Positions 1 to 8,684 of a stretch of 64,000 nucleotides of DNA are shown one piece after another; position 1 is the first letter of the stretch; the number at the start of each line of letters is the position of its first letter. Location: assembly GCA_001917135.1 (NCBI GenBank), contig MNTT01000008.1, forward strand, positions 6,216 to 70,215. The letters run 5' to 3'. Source of the stretch: Acetobacter sp. 46_36. Its GTDB lineage: Bacteria; Pseudomonadota; Alphaproteobacteria; RF32; CAG-239. A program made the position numbers and the translations under genes. Below the pieces are notes generated by a model, which saw only the letters and a list, made by a program, of their open reading frames with translations, did not search any database and was not told the origin of the DNA.

Positions 1-1
1 A

Positions 2-574
2 CTGGGCGACAACATTTTTTACATCCAGTCGCAGATGAACTGCTACCGCACCCTGATACAGGAAGAAGACAACGCCGCCACCGTTTTCGGCTATCACGTT
101 TCCGACCCCGAACGTTTCGGCGTCATTGAATTTGACAGCTTAAAGCGTGTCGTGTCCATTGAAGAAAAGCCGAAAAAGCCAAAGTCCAACTATGCCGTAA
201 CCGGACTGTACTTCTATCCCTCAGACGTCGCGGAAAAAGCTGCCTCGCTCAAGCCATCCAAACGCGGCGAGCTGGAAATCACTGATTTAAATCGGCTCTA
301 CCTCAACGAAGGGCGCCTGAACGTCATCCCCCTGAAGCGCGGCAACGCCTGGCTCGATGCCGGCACGCCCGACAGCCTGATGGAGTCGTCGCAGTTCGTG
401 CAGATTATTGAACAGCGCCAAGGGCTGAAACTCGCCTGCATTGAAGAAATCGCTTTCCGTCAGGGCTTTATCGACGCCGCACAAATGCAAAGGCTGATAA
501 GCAGGCTCAAAGACGGCGTGCCTTATAAGGAATATCTGAAAAAAGTATATGAGGAAAATCATGATCTTTACTAA
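2..574 (+). CDS. rfbA: glucose-1-phosphate thymidylyltransferase (RmlA), 5'-truncated by window edge
   Basis: Open frame enters from position 2 with no start codon. LGDNIFY, PKSNYAVTGLYFY, GELEITD and AWLDAGT match the C-terminal two thirds of RmlA. It is followed by rfbC, rfbD and rfbB. Confidence 0.93.
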   Translation: MGDNIFYIQSQMNCYRTLIQEEDNAATVFGYHVSDPERFGVIEFDSLKRVVSIEEKPKKPKSNYAVTGLYFYPSDVAEKAASLKPSKRGELEITDLNRLYLNEGRLNVIPLKRGNAWLDAGTPDSLMESSQFVQIIEQRQGLKLACIEEIAFRQGFIDAAQMQRLISRLKDGVPYKEYLKKVYEENHDLY

Positions 575-1109
575 AACCAAACTTGAGGGCGTGTACGTCC
601 TCACCCCGCGCGTGTTTACCGACACCCGCGGCTACTTTTTTGAAAGCTACAGCAAAAGAGAGTTTGAACAAAACGGCCTGCATTATGACTTCGTACAGGA
701 TAACCAGTCGTTTTCAAGCTATGGCACCATCCGCGGCCTGCATTTCCAGAAAGGCGAACACGCACAGGCCAAACTCGTGCGCGTCATCTCCGGCGAAGTA
801 TTGGACGTCGCCGTGGACATCCGCCGCAATTCGCCGACTTACGGACAACACGTCGCCGTCCGCCTCTCAGGTGAAAATCAGCAGCAGCTGCTCATTCCCC
901 GCGGTTTTGCCCACGGCTTTTCGGTCTTGTCCGAAACCGCCGTCTTCGCCTATAAATGCGACAACTTCTATTGCAAAGAAGCCGAGGGCGGCCTCTGCGT
1001 CAACGACCCTGCTCTGAACATTGACTGGCAGATAGACATGAGCCGCGCCAACGTTTTGGAACGCGATTTGAATCACCCGCTGTTAAAGGATTTGGAACCA
1101 TGTTTTTAG
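561..1109 (+). CDS. rfbC: dTDP-4-dehydrorhamnose 3,5-epimerase
   Basis: ORF 549..1109. ATG 561 is preferred because GAGGA lies just upstream. RGYFFESY and GLHFQ are cupin motifs of RmlC. The start overlaps the rfbA stop. Confidence 0.92.
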   Translation: MIFTKTKLEGVYVLTPRVFTDTRGYFFESYSKREFEQNGLHYDFVQDNQSFSSYGTIRGLHFQKGEHAQAKLVRVISGEVLDVAVDIRRNSPTYGQHVAVRLSGENQQQLLIPRGFAHGFSVLSETAVFAYKCDNFYCKEAEGGLCVNDPALNIDWQIDMSRANVLERDLNHPLLKDLEPCF

Positions 1110-1924
1110 TAACCGGAGCCAACGGGCAGCTCGGCACCGCCCTGCAATGCCTGCTTAAAGATCAGGCGGTTTATATCGACCGCGAGGATTTGGATTTGGC
1201 CGACGAAGCCGCCGTCAAGGCATATTTTGCCACGCATAAATTTGACTTCGTCATCAACTGCGCCGCCTACACTGCTGTTGACAGAGCAGAAGGCGATGCG
1301 GAAAACGCGCATAAGGTCAACGCGCTTGCACCGCTTTACCTCGCCAAATATGGCAGAAACGTCGTCCATATTTCAACCGACTACGTTTTTGACGGCACCG
1401 GCTGCAAGCCGTATAACGAAGACGACGCAGCCAACCCGCAAAGCGTCTACGGCAAAACCAAACGCGAGGGCGAATTAAACGTCTTAAACAACGCCGATAC
1501 CGCTGTCGTCATTCGAACTGCCTGGCTCTATTCGCCCCACGGCGGCAACTTTGTCAAGACCATGCGCAAGCTCGGTGCCGAACGGGAAAACCTGAACGTC
1601 GTCTTTGACCAGGTCGGCACCCCCACCAACGCCTATGACCTGGCGGAAGCGATTGTCGCCGCTCTGCCGCAGATACGCCCCGGCGAAAAGGAAATTTTCC
1701 ATTTTACCGACGAGGGCGTCTGTTCGTGGTACGACTTCGCGCGCGAGATTATGGAGCAGTCCAAACTGTCCTGCCGCATCCGCCCGATAGAAAGCAAAGA
1801 CTATCCGACACCGGCGCCCCGCCCGCATTACTCGGTTTTGAACAAGGCGAAAATCAAACAGCGCTTTAATATTGAAATTCCCCATTGGAAAGAAGGATTG
1901 GTAAAATGTCTGAAACAATTTTAG
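1100..1924 (+). CDS. rfbD: dTDP-4-dehydrorhamnose reductase
   Basis: LVTGANGQLG Rossmann start plus STDYVFDG and YGKTKREGE motifs of RmlD. The start overlaps the rfbC end by 10 nt. Confidence 0.9.
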   Translation: MFLVTGANGQLGTALQCLLKDQAVYIDREDLDLADEAAVKAYFATHKFDFVINCAAYTAVDRAEGDAENAHKVNALAPLYLAKYGRNVVHISTDYVFDGTGCKPYNEDDAANPQSVYGKTKREGELNVLNNADTAVVIRTAWLYSPHGGNFVKTMRKLGAERENLNVVFDQVGTPTNAYDLAEAIVAALPQIRPGEKEIFHFTDEGVCSWYDFAREIMEQSKLSCRIRPIESKDYPTPAPRPHYSVLNKAKIKQRFNIEIPHWKEGLVKCLKQF

Positions 1925-2919
1925 TTACCGGCGGCGCCGGCTTTATCGGCTCAAACTTTATTCCGTATTTTATGGAAAAGCATCCCGATTACAAAATCGT
2001 CAACCTCGACAAGCTGACCTATGCCGGAAACCTTGCCAACCTGACGGAAGTGGAAAACAACCCGAATTACACGTTCGTTCAGGGCGACATCTGCGACGAA
2101 AACCTCGTCAGCCGTCTGTTTGACGAACACCGCTTTACCGGCGTCATCCATTTCGCTGCCGAAAGCCACGTCGACAACTCTATCAAAGGCCCGCGCGCAT
2201 TCATCAACACCAACCTCGTCGGCACGTTCAACCTGCTGGAAGCTGCTCGTACGCACTGGTTTGACGCGCCGTTTTCTCCAAAACCCGGCTGCGAAGCCCG
2301 CCGCTTCCACCATATCTCCACCGACGAAGTGTATGGCACGCTTGGCGCCGAAGGCTTTTTTAAGGAAACCACGCCTTACGCCCCGAACAGCCCCTATTCG
2401 GCGAGCAAAGCCGGTTCGGACTTTCTCGTTCGCGCCTATCATCACACTTTCGGCATGAACGTTACCACTTCCAACTGTTCCAATAACTACGGCCCCAAAC
2501 AGCACAGCGAAAAGCTGATTCCGACCATTATCCGCAACTGCCTGAACCTCTCGCCGATTCCGATATACGGCAACGGACAGAATATCCGCGACTGGCTGTA
2601 CGTTACCGACCACGCCAAGGCGATTGACCTGATTTTCCACCACGGCAAAAGCGGCGAAACCTACAACGTCGGCGGGCACAACGAACTGACGAATATGGAA
2701 ATCACCCACGCGATATGTGCTATTCTGGACGACCTGCGCCCACGCAAGGACGGCAAAAAGTACGCCGAGCTGATAACCTTTGTCAAAGACCGCGCCGGAC
2801 ACGACCTGCGCTATGCGATTGACCCGGAAAAAATCACCCGCGAACTTGGTTACAGGCCGGACGAAACCTTTAAGACCGGCATTGTCAAAACCGTCAAATG
2901 GTATTTAGATAAAGCATAA
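1906..2919 (+). CDS. rfbB: dTDP-glucose 4,6-dehydratase
   Basis: ATG 1906 has an AAGGA RBS; the ORF-track start at 1885 is TTG. ILVTGGAGFIGSN, HFAAESHVD and YSASKAGSD are SDR dehydratase motifs. Confidence 0.93.
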   Translation: MSETILVTGGAGFIGSNFIPYFMEKHPDYKIVNLDKLTYAGNLANLTEVENNPNYTFVQGDICDENLVSRLFDEHRFTGVIHFAAESHVDNSIKGPRAFINTNLVGTFNLLEAARTHWFDAPFSPKPGCEARRFHHISTDEVYGTLGAEGFFKETTPYAPNSPYSASKAGSDFLVRAYHHTFGMNVTTSNCSNNYGPKQHSEKLIPTIIRNCLNLSPIPIYGNGQNIRDWLYVTDHAKAIDLIFHHGKSGETYNVGGHNELTNMEITHAICAILDDLRPRKDGKKYAELITFVKDRAGHDLRYAIDPEKITRELGYRPDETFKTGIVKTVKWYLDKA

Positions 2920-4378
2920 ACCGCGCCAGAACCATTAGCGCCACCCCGCCTGCCAAAACGTAACCAACCGCTTTCGGCAGGCTTTTTTGCGTCAGAAAAT
3001 TCCCCAGCCAGAGCAGCGACACCGGCAATAAAATCATCACATAGCGGTATTCGCTGGAACAGAAATATGGATACTCCAGCCAAAAATTCGCCCACGCTCC
3101 CAGCACCGAAAATACCAGAACCACGGCAAAAGCATTAATGCCCCAGCCCTCGCCGAGCTTATAAAACGGCAGCGTGAAGAAACTTGCCGCCAGCAATATC
3201 GCCAGCCCGATTCCCAACACATACAGCAGGTACGCCCACGTTACGCCGCCCCAGCTCCATTCGCCGAACAGCGACGTCTTAATCAGCGCCAGCCACACGT
3301 TCGGTTCCGCCAGCCCGGCACGCACATCGGCAAAAACCTCTCCGGCCATTGTCAGGCAGGACAGCCGTTCCGCCAAACCGTAACTGCGCAAATCCTGAAA
3401 CGCATTGCCGACCGGCGGCGGCACCAGCGGGAAATCATACGCAAGCAGAAACCATCCCCAGGCAAAACCGACAGCCGCCCCGGCGCCGATAACCGCAAAC
3501 TGCCCCCACAACCGCAGCGACAATTTGTTTGCCGCCTGTACCAGCCGAAACAGCCCGAGCATGCCGAGCGCCGGCAGCATCATCAGGCCGGAAAACTTAA
3601 CCAGCCCCGCGGCCAGCAGCAGCCCCGCTAAGACCAGTGCCTCGCGCCATCTCCCGCTAACATACCATCTGTATCCGCAATATATCATCGCCGTCATCAG
3701 AAAATAAACCGCCGCATCGTTATTGACCAGATTGGCGGCAATCCCGTGCGCCGGAAAAAAGCAAAACAAAGCAAACAGCCCGAGCCGCACCCCGTCCTTC
3801 AGTTTAAACTCCCTCAGCAGGCGCCAGAACACAATCCCCGCCCCAGTTATGCAGAACAGGCTGACAAAGCGCACGCTGTCAAACGCCGCTTCCCTGCCCG
3901 CGCCAAACCACATGCAGAACTTTGTAACCGCCGCCGAAACCAACCCCCACAGCGGCGGTTGGAAATAAACCGACTGCAGATATGCCGCCGGCGCCGCCAG
4001 AAAGAACCCGTTTTGCAGAAAATAATCCGTATGCATGACAAAGTTGTAGTAGTCATACTGTCGCACGTTTCCCCAAGACCCGAGCACATACCACAGGTTG
4101 AACAGAAACGCCGCTGCCAGAATGCCGTCCGCCGCAGATACGCCGGCACCGCTCCGAAATACGCAACCGCCGCGCCGATTGCCCCCCTCTGTCGAAAAAC
4201 CATCTGCTGCTGAAGTGCCGTCTTCCGCCGCAACTCTCCTCCGCCGTTGCAGATACGCCAGCACCGCGCCGAAATACGCAGCCGCCGTCCATATCGTTCC
4301 TGCCGGCATCACCAGATTCCAAATCATCAGAACCACACATAATCCAAATATGTCTTTTAAACTAAAATGCAGCGTCAT
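2894..4378 (-). CDS. multi-pass membrane protein, putative GT-C fold glycosyltransferase (ArnT/PMT_2-like)
   Basis: Many hydrophobic segments. A YFQPPLWG loop resembles the HPPL motif of ArnT/PMT_2 enzymes. ATG 4378 has a GGAGA RBS; the track start at 4405 is GTG. The 3' end overlaps rfbB convergently by 26 nt. Family assignment is tentative. Confidence 0.55.
   Translation of the reverse strand: MTLHFSLKDIFGLCVVLMIWNLVMPAGTIWTAAAYFGAVLAYLQRRRRVAAEDGTSAADGFSTEGGNRRGGCVFRSGAGVSAADGILAAAFLFNLWYVLGSWGNVRQYDYYNFVMHTDYFLQNGFFLAAPAAYLQSVYFQPPLWGLVSAAVTKFCMWFGAGREAAFDSVRFVSLFCITGAGIVFWRLLREFKLKDGVRLGLFALFCFFPAHGIAANLVNNDAAVYFLMTAMIYCGYRWYVSGRWREALVLAGLLLAAGLVKFSGLMMLPALGMLGLFRLVQAANKLSLRLWGQFAVIGAGAAVGFAWGWFLLAYDFPLVPPPVGNAFQDLRSYGLAERLSCLTMAGEVFADVRAGLAEPNVWLALIKTSLFGEWSWGGVTWAYLLYVLGIGLAILLAASFFTLPFYKLGEGWGINAFAVVLVFSVLGAWANFWLEYPYFCSSEYRYVMILLPVSLLWLGNFLTQKSLPKAVGYVLAGGVALMVLARFMLYLNTI
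4134..4287. repeat. 39-bp direct repeat (36/39 identical) spaced 115 bp apart inside the GT-C-like gene
   Basis: gcagatacgccggcaccgctccgaaatacgcaaccgccg (4134..4172) matches gcagatacgccagcaccgcgccgaaatacgcagccgccg (4249..4287). The two copies are translated in different frames. Confidence 0.9.
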
Positions 4379-4444
4379 CGTTTCTCCACATCGCCTGTTT
4401 TTCACCCAATGCCTCCCGGTACTTTCTGCCCGCCGGTTTTCGTT

Positions 4445-5677
4445 TCATCGCCCGGCAGACCTCCGCCGCCACTTTTGCAGCACGCTTTCTTTCCACCCGC
4501 CATACCGGACTTCCGCCGCATCGGGCAGTTCGTTCCGATATCGCTTATACTGCGCTTCGTCGGCAAAATCCACATTCCTGACCGCACTCCAGTCGCAATC
4601 TTTTATTTCAAGCGCCGCGCAGTTTAAAAAATCCATTGTCTCGGGCAGAGGAATTCTGTTCAGGCTGACGGACGCCCCTTTGCGGAAGGAAAAAACGGTT
4701 CCTTCCGGCAGAGTTTTAAGCGCATACAATTTTATCCTGCGGTAACGCTTGCAGTCAATCATTCCTGTTCCCATATTTGAACTGCCGCTGATTGCCAGCG
4801 CTGCCCCTTCTTTAAACGGCAGTTCCCGGCATCCCTGAAAGTCCATTCCCGTAAAATACGCTTCATCCGCCTCGGCCAAGGTTTCCATAGGAAAATTTTC
4901 AAATCGCGCAATATGGGCGCAAACTCCTGCCGAAAACAGGGGCTTGGCATCTCCTTCCTCATAACGGCAGCAATCAAAATAAACTTTTTTCAGCCCCCGG
5001 AAATCCCTGTCTGCCGGCAGCCCGTCAACCGGCGCAAAACCGCCGAAACGAACCTCGCAATCCCGGCTGAACTTATAACCCGACACGCTTTCCAGCCGGC
5101 AATGGTCAAACAGGATATAGCGTACTCTGCTAAAATCCGTTTCTTTAGGAAAATTTTTACACCCGTCGAAAGTAACCGTTTTCCACCCCGTGCCATAGCT
5201 GTCCGGTCGGGGATAAACGCATAACCTGTCATAAGCGCCGAAATCGACATTGTTAAAATGATAGTCGCCTTCCGACACCGTCAAATCCAGTCTTCGTCTT
5301 TTCACCGGTGCCGACATCAGGCACATGCGCCCGCCGGATTCTCCCGCCGGTACTTCAATATCCTTCGGCAAAGCCGTCAATTCAGACGCGCACCCGGCGG
5401 CCGCAGCTATTTTTGCGCCCAGCTCCAGAATGTCGTCAGGCTGTTCCCGCCCGCAAAATACGGATAAGATAATCTCGCGGAATTCCGGCATTTTCTCTTG
5501 CGGAATTTTTTCTACACACCCCAGCATATCGCGAATGCTTCTGGCAAAGTTCGTCCCCCTGAGCACTCCCGTACAGACATCGACAGTAATTTCGGCCTCG
5601 CCGCGTTTATACGGCCGGAGGATGTTTTCCGTTCCCAGCGGGCTTCTCGGTTCCGTTATGTCAATAAATTCCGCCAT
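4445..5677 (-). CDS. hypothetical protein with about ten Cys-containing ~21-residue repeats (LRR_5/BspA-like)
   Basis: The motif F-x-x-C recurs every 20-23 residues (FDGCKNF, FDHCRLES, FDCCRYE, FQGCRELPF, FLNCAALEI). ATG 5677 has an AGGAG RBS. The longer track ORF begins at a TTG that is itself the -35 of a consensus promoter. Confidence 0.5.
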   Translation of the reverse strand: MAEFIDITEPRSPLGTENILRPYKRGEAEITVDVCTGVLRGTNFARSIRDMLGCVEKIPQEKMPEFREIILSVFCGREQPDDILELGAKIAAAAGCASELTALPKDIEVPAGESGGRMCLMSAPVKRRRLDLTVSEGDYHFNNVDFGAYDRLCVYPRPDSYGTGWKTVTFDGCKNFPKETDFSRVRYILFDHCRLESVSGYKFSRDCEVRFGGFAPVDGLPADRDFRGLKKVYFDCCRYEEGDAKPLFSAGVCAHIARFENFPMETLAEADEAYFTGMDFQGCRELPFKEGAALAISGSSNMGTGMIDCKRYRRIKLYALKTLPEGTVFSFRKGASVSLNRIPLPETMDFLNCAALEIKDCDWSAVRNVDFADEAQYKRYRNELPDAAEVRYGGWKESVLQKWRRRSAGR

Positions 5678-5807
5678 ATATGCGCTCCTGTTCCCCTGAC
5701 GCCGTTCCGTATCGGCCAAACGCCCCGCAATTTCTCCGAATATAGAGCCGCCAGGCAGGTTTCGCCGCTTCATAAGCCGTTTTCGGTTCCTGTCGGCCTG
5801 CGTTAAA

Positions 5808-5836
5808 ATTATACGCTGCCCCCTTTCTTTTGTCAA
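5808..5836 (-). promoter_or_regulatory. consensus sigma70-type promoter (TTGACA-17-TATAAT)
   Basis: The minus strand reads TTGACA aaagaaagggggcagcg TATAAT. It lies about 125 nt upstream of ATG 5677. Confidence 0.7.
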
Positions 5837-5940
5837 AACTTTTTTCGTCTTTCGCCGGAAAATGCTTGCTTTTTTATCCTTTTTCGCTATTATAAATCGT
5901 TTTTTAAATTATAAAGATATTACTGTAAATTATAAGCATT

Positions 5941-6231
5941 ATGAAAACGTACACTTACGAAGAACTGCAGGAATTCATCACTTCCGTATTAAACCGGCCC
6001 TGTAGCGGAAAACTCGTTTATTGTTTCAGCCGCCGCGGATCAGACAAAAACCTTCATGCATTTATCATTGTCGAGGAAAATATGCGCCTTGAACTGCCTT
6101 GGCACGACGGGCCTCAATATTTAAGCCCCGGCGATTATCTGCACGCGTCGCGAAACGATATTTATGGCATCTCTGCCGCTGTTTTTAAAAATTGCTACGT
6201 GGAAGCGCCGGCTTCGGAAATCATCTCCTGA
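5941..6231 (+). CDS. hypothetical protein (96 aa)
   Basis: ORF followed by a clean intrinsic terminator at 6315..6342. No recognisable motif and no clear RBS. Confidence 0.4.
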   Translation: MKTYTYEELQEFITSVLNRPCSGKLVYCFSRRGSDKNLHAFIIVEENMRLELPWHDGPQYLSPGDYLHASRNDIYGISAAVFKNCYVEAPASEIIS

Positions 6232-6314
6232 AGCGTTGGAAATCCCTCACTGCCGGAAACTATCTTTAGAACTGGCGCAAAACGCTCCTTCGGTGCACCT
6301 GCCTTTCTTGTCTG

Positions 6315-6342
6315 GCCGCTTCTTTTTGAAGCGGCTTTTTTT
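6315..6342 (+). terminator. intrinsic terminator
   Basis: gccgcttc-ttttt-gaagcggc followed by a T7 run. Confidence 0.8.
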
Positions 6343-6501
6343 GTGTATCCTTGTATTCCTCCCTTTCCTGTCCCTTGCCCTCCATTTTCAGCCCATTCCC
6401 CGCCCATTTCCCTCCCATTTCGGCCAGACGGCAGCCGTTTTTAATATGCCGGGTTATCTTTTATATATACCAAAATCACCAAAATATTATAGACAAAATA
6501 C

Positions 6502-6530
6502 TTGACAACTAAACAAAAACAGCTTATGTA
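6502..6530 (+). promoter_or_regulatory. sigma70-type promoter (TTGACA-17-TATGTA)
   Basis: An exact -35 with 17-nt spacing, ~35 nt upstream of the 6567 ORF. Confidence 0.55.
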
Positions 6531-6566
6531 TTAACTGAAAATTAACTTTTAAGAGGAAATTCCGCA

Positions 6567-6917
6567 ATGAAAAAACTTGCTTTGCTGACGCTGTTCCTAT
6601 GCCTTAGCTTTAGTTTTGCCGGTTTCGCCGATGCCGAAACCGAAAATTGGTGCGGAACTTATTTTGAAGAAGGAGGCCGCGGCTACATCCGTCTGGCGCG
6701 GGACGACTTTGGCGTCGGCAGCTCCAACTGCAGCATGGACGGCTACAACGAACGGGCGGAAAGAAGCGGTACCGCAAATATCGCCCTGGATTTTACCAAA
6801 AACCGTTCTACCGTCAACAAATGGCGCAAATTCAACAACCATCTGATTGAAGTGCGCGGCAAATTCCGCAACGGCTACATTTCAGGCACACGTTTCATCC
6901 GCGACATGGGCGTATGA
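6567..6917 (+). CDS. small secreted protein (116 aa), unknown function
   Basis: AAGAGGA RBS, a TTGACA-17-TATGTA promoter upstream, and the signal peptide MKKLALLTLFLCLSFSFAGFADA. Confidence 0.6.
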   Translation: MKKLALLTLFLCLSFSFAGFADAETENWCGTYFEEGGRGYIRLARDDFGVGSSNCSMDGYNERAERSGTANIALDFTKNRSTVNKWRKFNNHLIEVRGKFRNGYISGTRFIRDMGV

Positions 6918-7159
6918 GACGCCATACGGGCTCTGTCTCCTCCTGTACCGCAGCCAACCATAATCTTTTTTCCGTAATCAGATTCAATCCCTGCCGGCTT
7001 TTGCACCCATTATAATCCTTTTTGATTTTCCGCCCAAAATAAAACCGTATAAAGGTTTTTTATATATCAAAACGACTGAAAGTTTATAAAATCATTGTTG
7101 TTAATTAACTTATTTCATATAATATTTAGAAAATTAAATCTATTTATGGGAAATAAATT

Positions 7160-7648
7160 ATGAATAAGCTCGAAATGTATAATTACCTGAAAAAAATTAA
7201 CATTTGGCACGAAATTACAGAACACAAAGCTGTTTACAATATGGCCGAATTAGCACAAATTGATATTCCATATCCAAACTCGGAAGCAAAAAACCTTTTT
7301 GTACGAGATGACAAAAAAAGAAATTATTACCTTATTACAATTAAAGGAAATAAAAAAGTAAACCTTAAAGAATTCCAAAAAACAGCTGGCACACGCCCTT
7401 TAAGCTTTGCCTCTGAAAGCGATTTGATGAATATTTTAAACCTATCCTCCGGGGCTGTCACGCCACTTGGTCTATTAAATGATGAACAAACAAGAACAAT
7501 AATGTATCTAGACAGAGATTTTATAAAAGAACCTTCTTTGATCGGGGTACACCCCAATGATAACACGGCAACGGTTTGGTTAAAAACACATGATCTAATA
7601 AGGATTATTAAAGAGCACGGAAATATCATCAATCTAATAGAAATTTAA
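7160..7648 (+). CDS. YbaK/ProX-family aminoacyl-tRNA trans-editing domain protein
   Basis: Its ~160 aa length and the block NLFVRDDKK..YYLITIKG..KVNLKEF....SGAVTPLGLLND are typical of prolyl-tRNA-synthetase-associated (PrdX/ProX) proteins. It lies in the AT-rich islet. Confidence 0.72.
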   Translation: MNKLEMYNYLKKINIWHEITEHKAVYNMAELAQIDIPYPNSEAKNLFVRDDKKRNYYLITIKGNKKVNLKEFQKTAGTRPLSFASESDLMNILNLSSGAVTPLGLLNDEQTRTIMYLDRDFIKEPSLIGVHPNDNTATVWLKTHDLIRIIKEHGNIINLIEI

Positions 7649-7669
7649 ACAAGAAACAGAGAGGAAAAC

Positions 7670-8521
7670 ATGAAAACAATCAGATTGCTATACCCTGACT
7701 ATGTCAGCGGTGGCTTGGATACGTATTATTTCGGAGCAAATCTATTGGCGCATATTTTGCCGGAAAATAAAAACCAGCCCTTAATTAAAGTAGATATTGC
7801 CCAGCCCAATAGCGCAAACAAAATCATAACTGACGGAATTTATGCTAAAGGCGAAGTTCTATCCGGTATTCAAAATGCAATGGCAAAGATTGAAAAGGAA
7901 AATCCTGACAAAATTATCACCATCGGCGGCAATTGCTTGGTTTCATTAGCGCCATTTGATTATTTGCATGGAAAATATAAAAACACGGGCATTGTCTGGA
8001 TAGACGCACATCCGGATGTTTCTTCTCCCAAAGACGGCTATCCCAACGCCCATGCAATGGTTCTCGGCTCTTTAATGGGATATGGAGATAATTCACTTTC
8101 AAATATGATGAAAAATAACAAATTTAATCCTGATGAAATATTATATGTCGGTCTTCAAAACCTGCATGATTATCAAAAAAACTTTTTAAATAACACGGGG
8201 GTCAATTATAAAATTCAAACCAATAAATTTATTTCTAATAATGAAATACATAAATTTATTAAACGGTTTGACCATATTCTTGTACATTTTGATATTGATG
8301 TATTAGATGAGCATTTTTTTCATTCGACTTATTTTGCTAATTCCGAATTGGTGGGAGACGGTGCCGGCGGCGGAAAAATGACGATAGAAAAGCTAACAGA
8401 GATTCTCCGCTGTATCACAGACAATTCCGATATTGTCGGCTTTACCATAGCCGAATATCTGCCTTTTGATGAACATAAGCTTTACAAGATGTTGACTGAA
8501 ATCAAATTATTTACCGAATAA
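7670..8521 (+). CDS. arginase/agmatinase/formiminoglutamase-family (ureohydrolase fold) protein, atypical first metal motif
   Basis: WIDAHPDV (DAHxD) and HFDIDVLD (DxDxxD) metal motifs are present. The usual GGDHS motif reads GGNCL. GAGAGGA RBS. Lies in the AT-rich islet. Confidence 0.72.
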   Translation: MKTIRLLYPDYVSGGLDTYYFGANLLAHILPENKNQPLIKVDIAQPNSANKIITDGIYAKGEVLSGIQNAMAKIEKENPDKIITIGGNCLVSLAPFDYLHGKYKNTGIVWIDAHPDVSSPKDGYPNAHAMVLGSLMGYGDNSLSNMMKNNKFNPDEILYVGLQNLHDYQKNFLNNTGVNYKIQTNKFISNNEIHKFIKRFDHILVHFDIDVLDEHFFHSTYFANSELVGDGAGGGKMTIEKLTEILRCITDNSDIVGFTIAEYLPFDEHKLYKMLTEIKLFTE

Positions 8522-8626
8522 GTAATTCGCAGAGTGCACAACAATGTCCCCTGCCGCCGTATCCCGCTACTTCGGACACCGCAGCCGACCGCCGCTCACC
8601 CGACGCGGCTTGTTCCATATCGCCTG

Positions 8627-8684
8627 CCTCATAATATCCGTCCGAACTGCCGCGCTATTTCATAATATCCGCCCAGATTTCCGC
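8627..8684. repeat. degenerate tandem echo of the PBP1A 3' end
   Basis: ctatttcataatatccgcccagatttccgc holds the last codons plus the stop. A degenerate copy, ctcataatatccgtccgaactgccgc, follows just beyond the stop. Confidence 0.6.

Larger units (their letters stand above)
6930..8540. other. AT-rich two-gene islet (compositional outlier)
   Basis: By eye, G+C is roughly one third here against about half or more in flanking DNA. Contains only the ProX-like and arginase-fold genes. No integrase, tRNA or flanking direct repeats were seen. Confidence 0.6.

Noticed and set aside
5678-5807. Riboswitch in the ~125-nt leader of the LRR-like gene
   Set aside because: I could not match any riboswitch consensus I know by eye (c-di-GMP, SAM, TPP, FMN, glycine, purine). 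It is left as an unexplained long leader.
6930-8540. Mobile element, prophage remnant or genomic island with integration machinery
   Set aside because: I found no integrase, transposase, tRNA target, terminal inverted repeats or flanking direct repeats. Only the compositional anomaly supports foreign origin.
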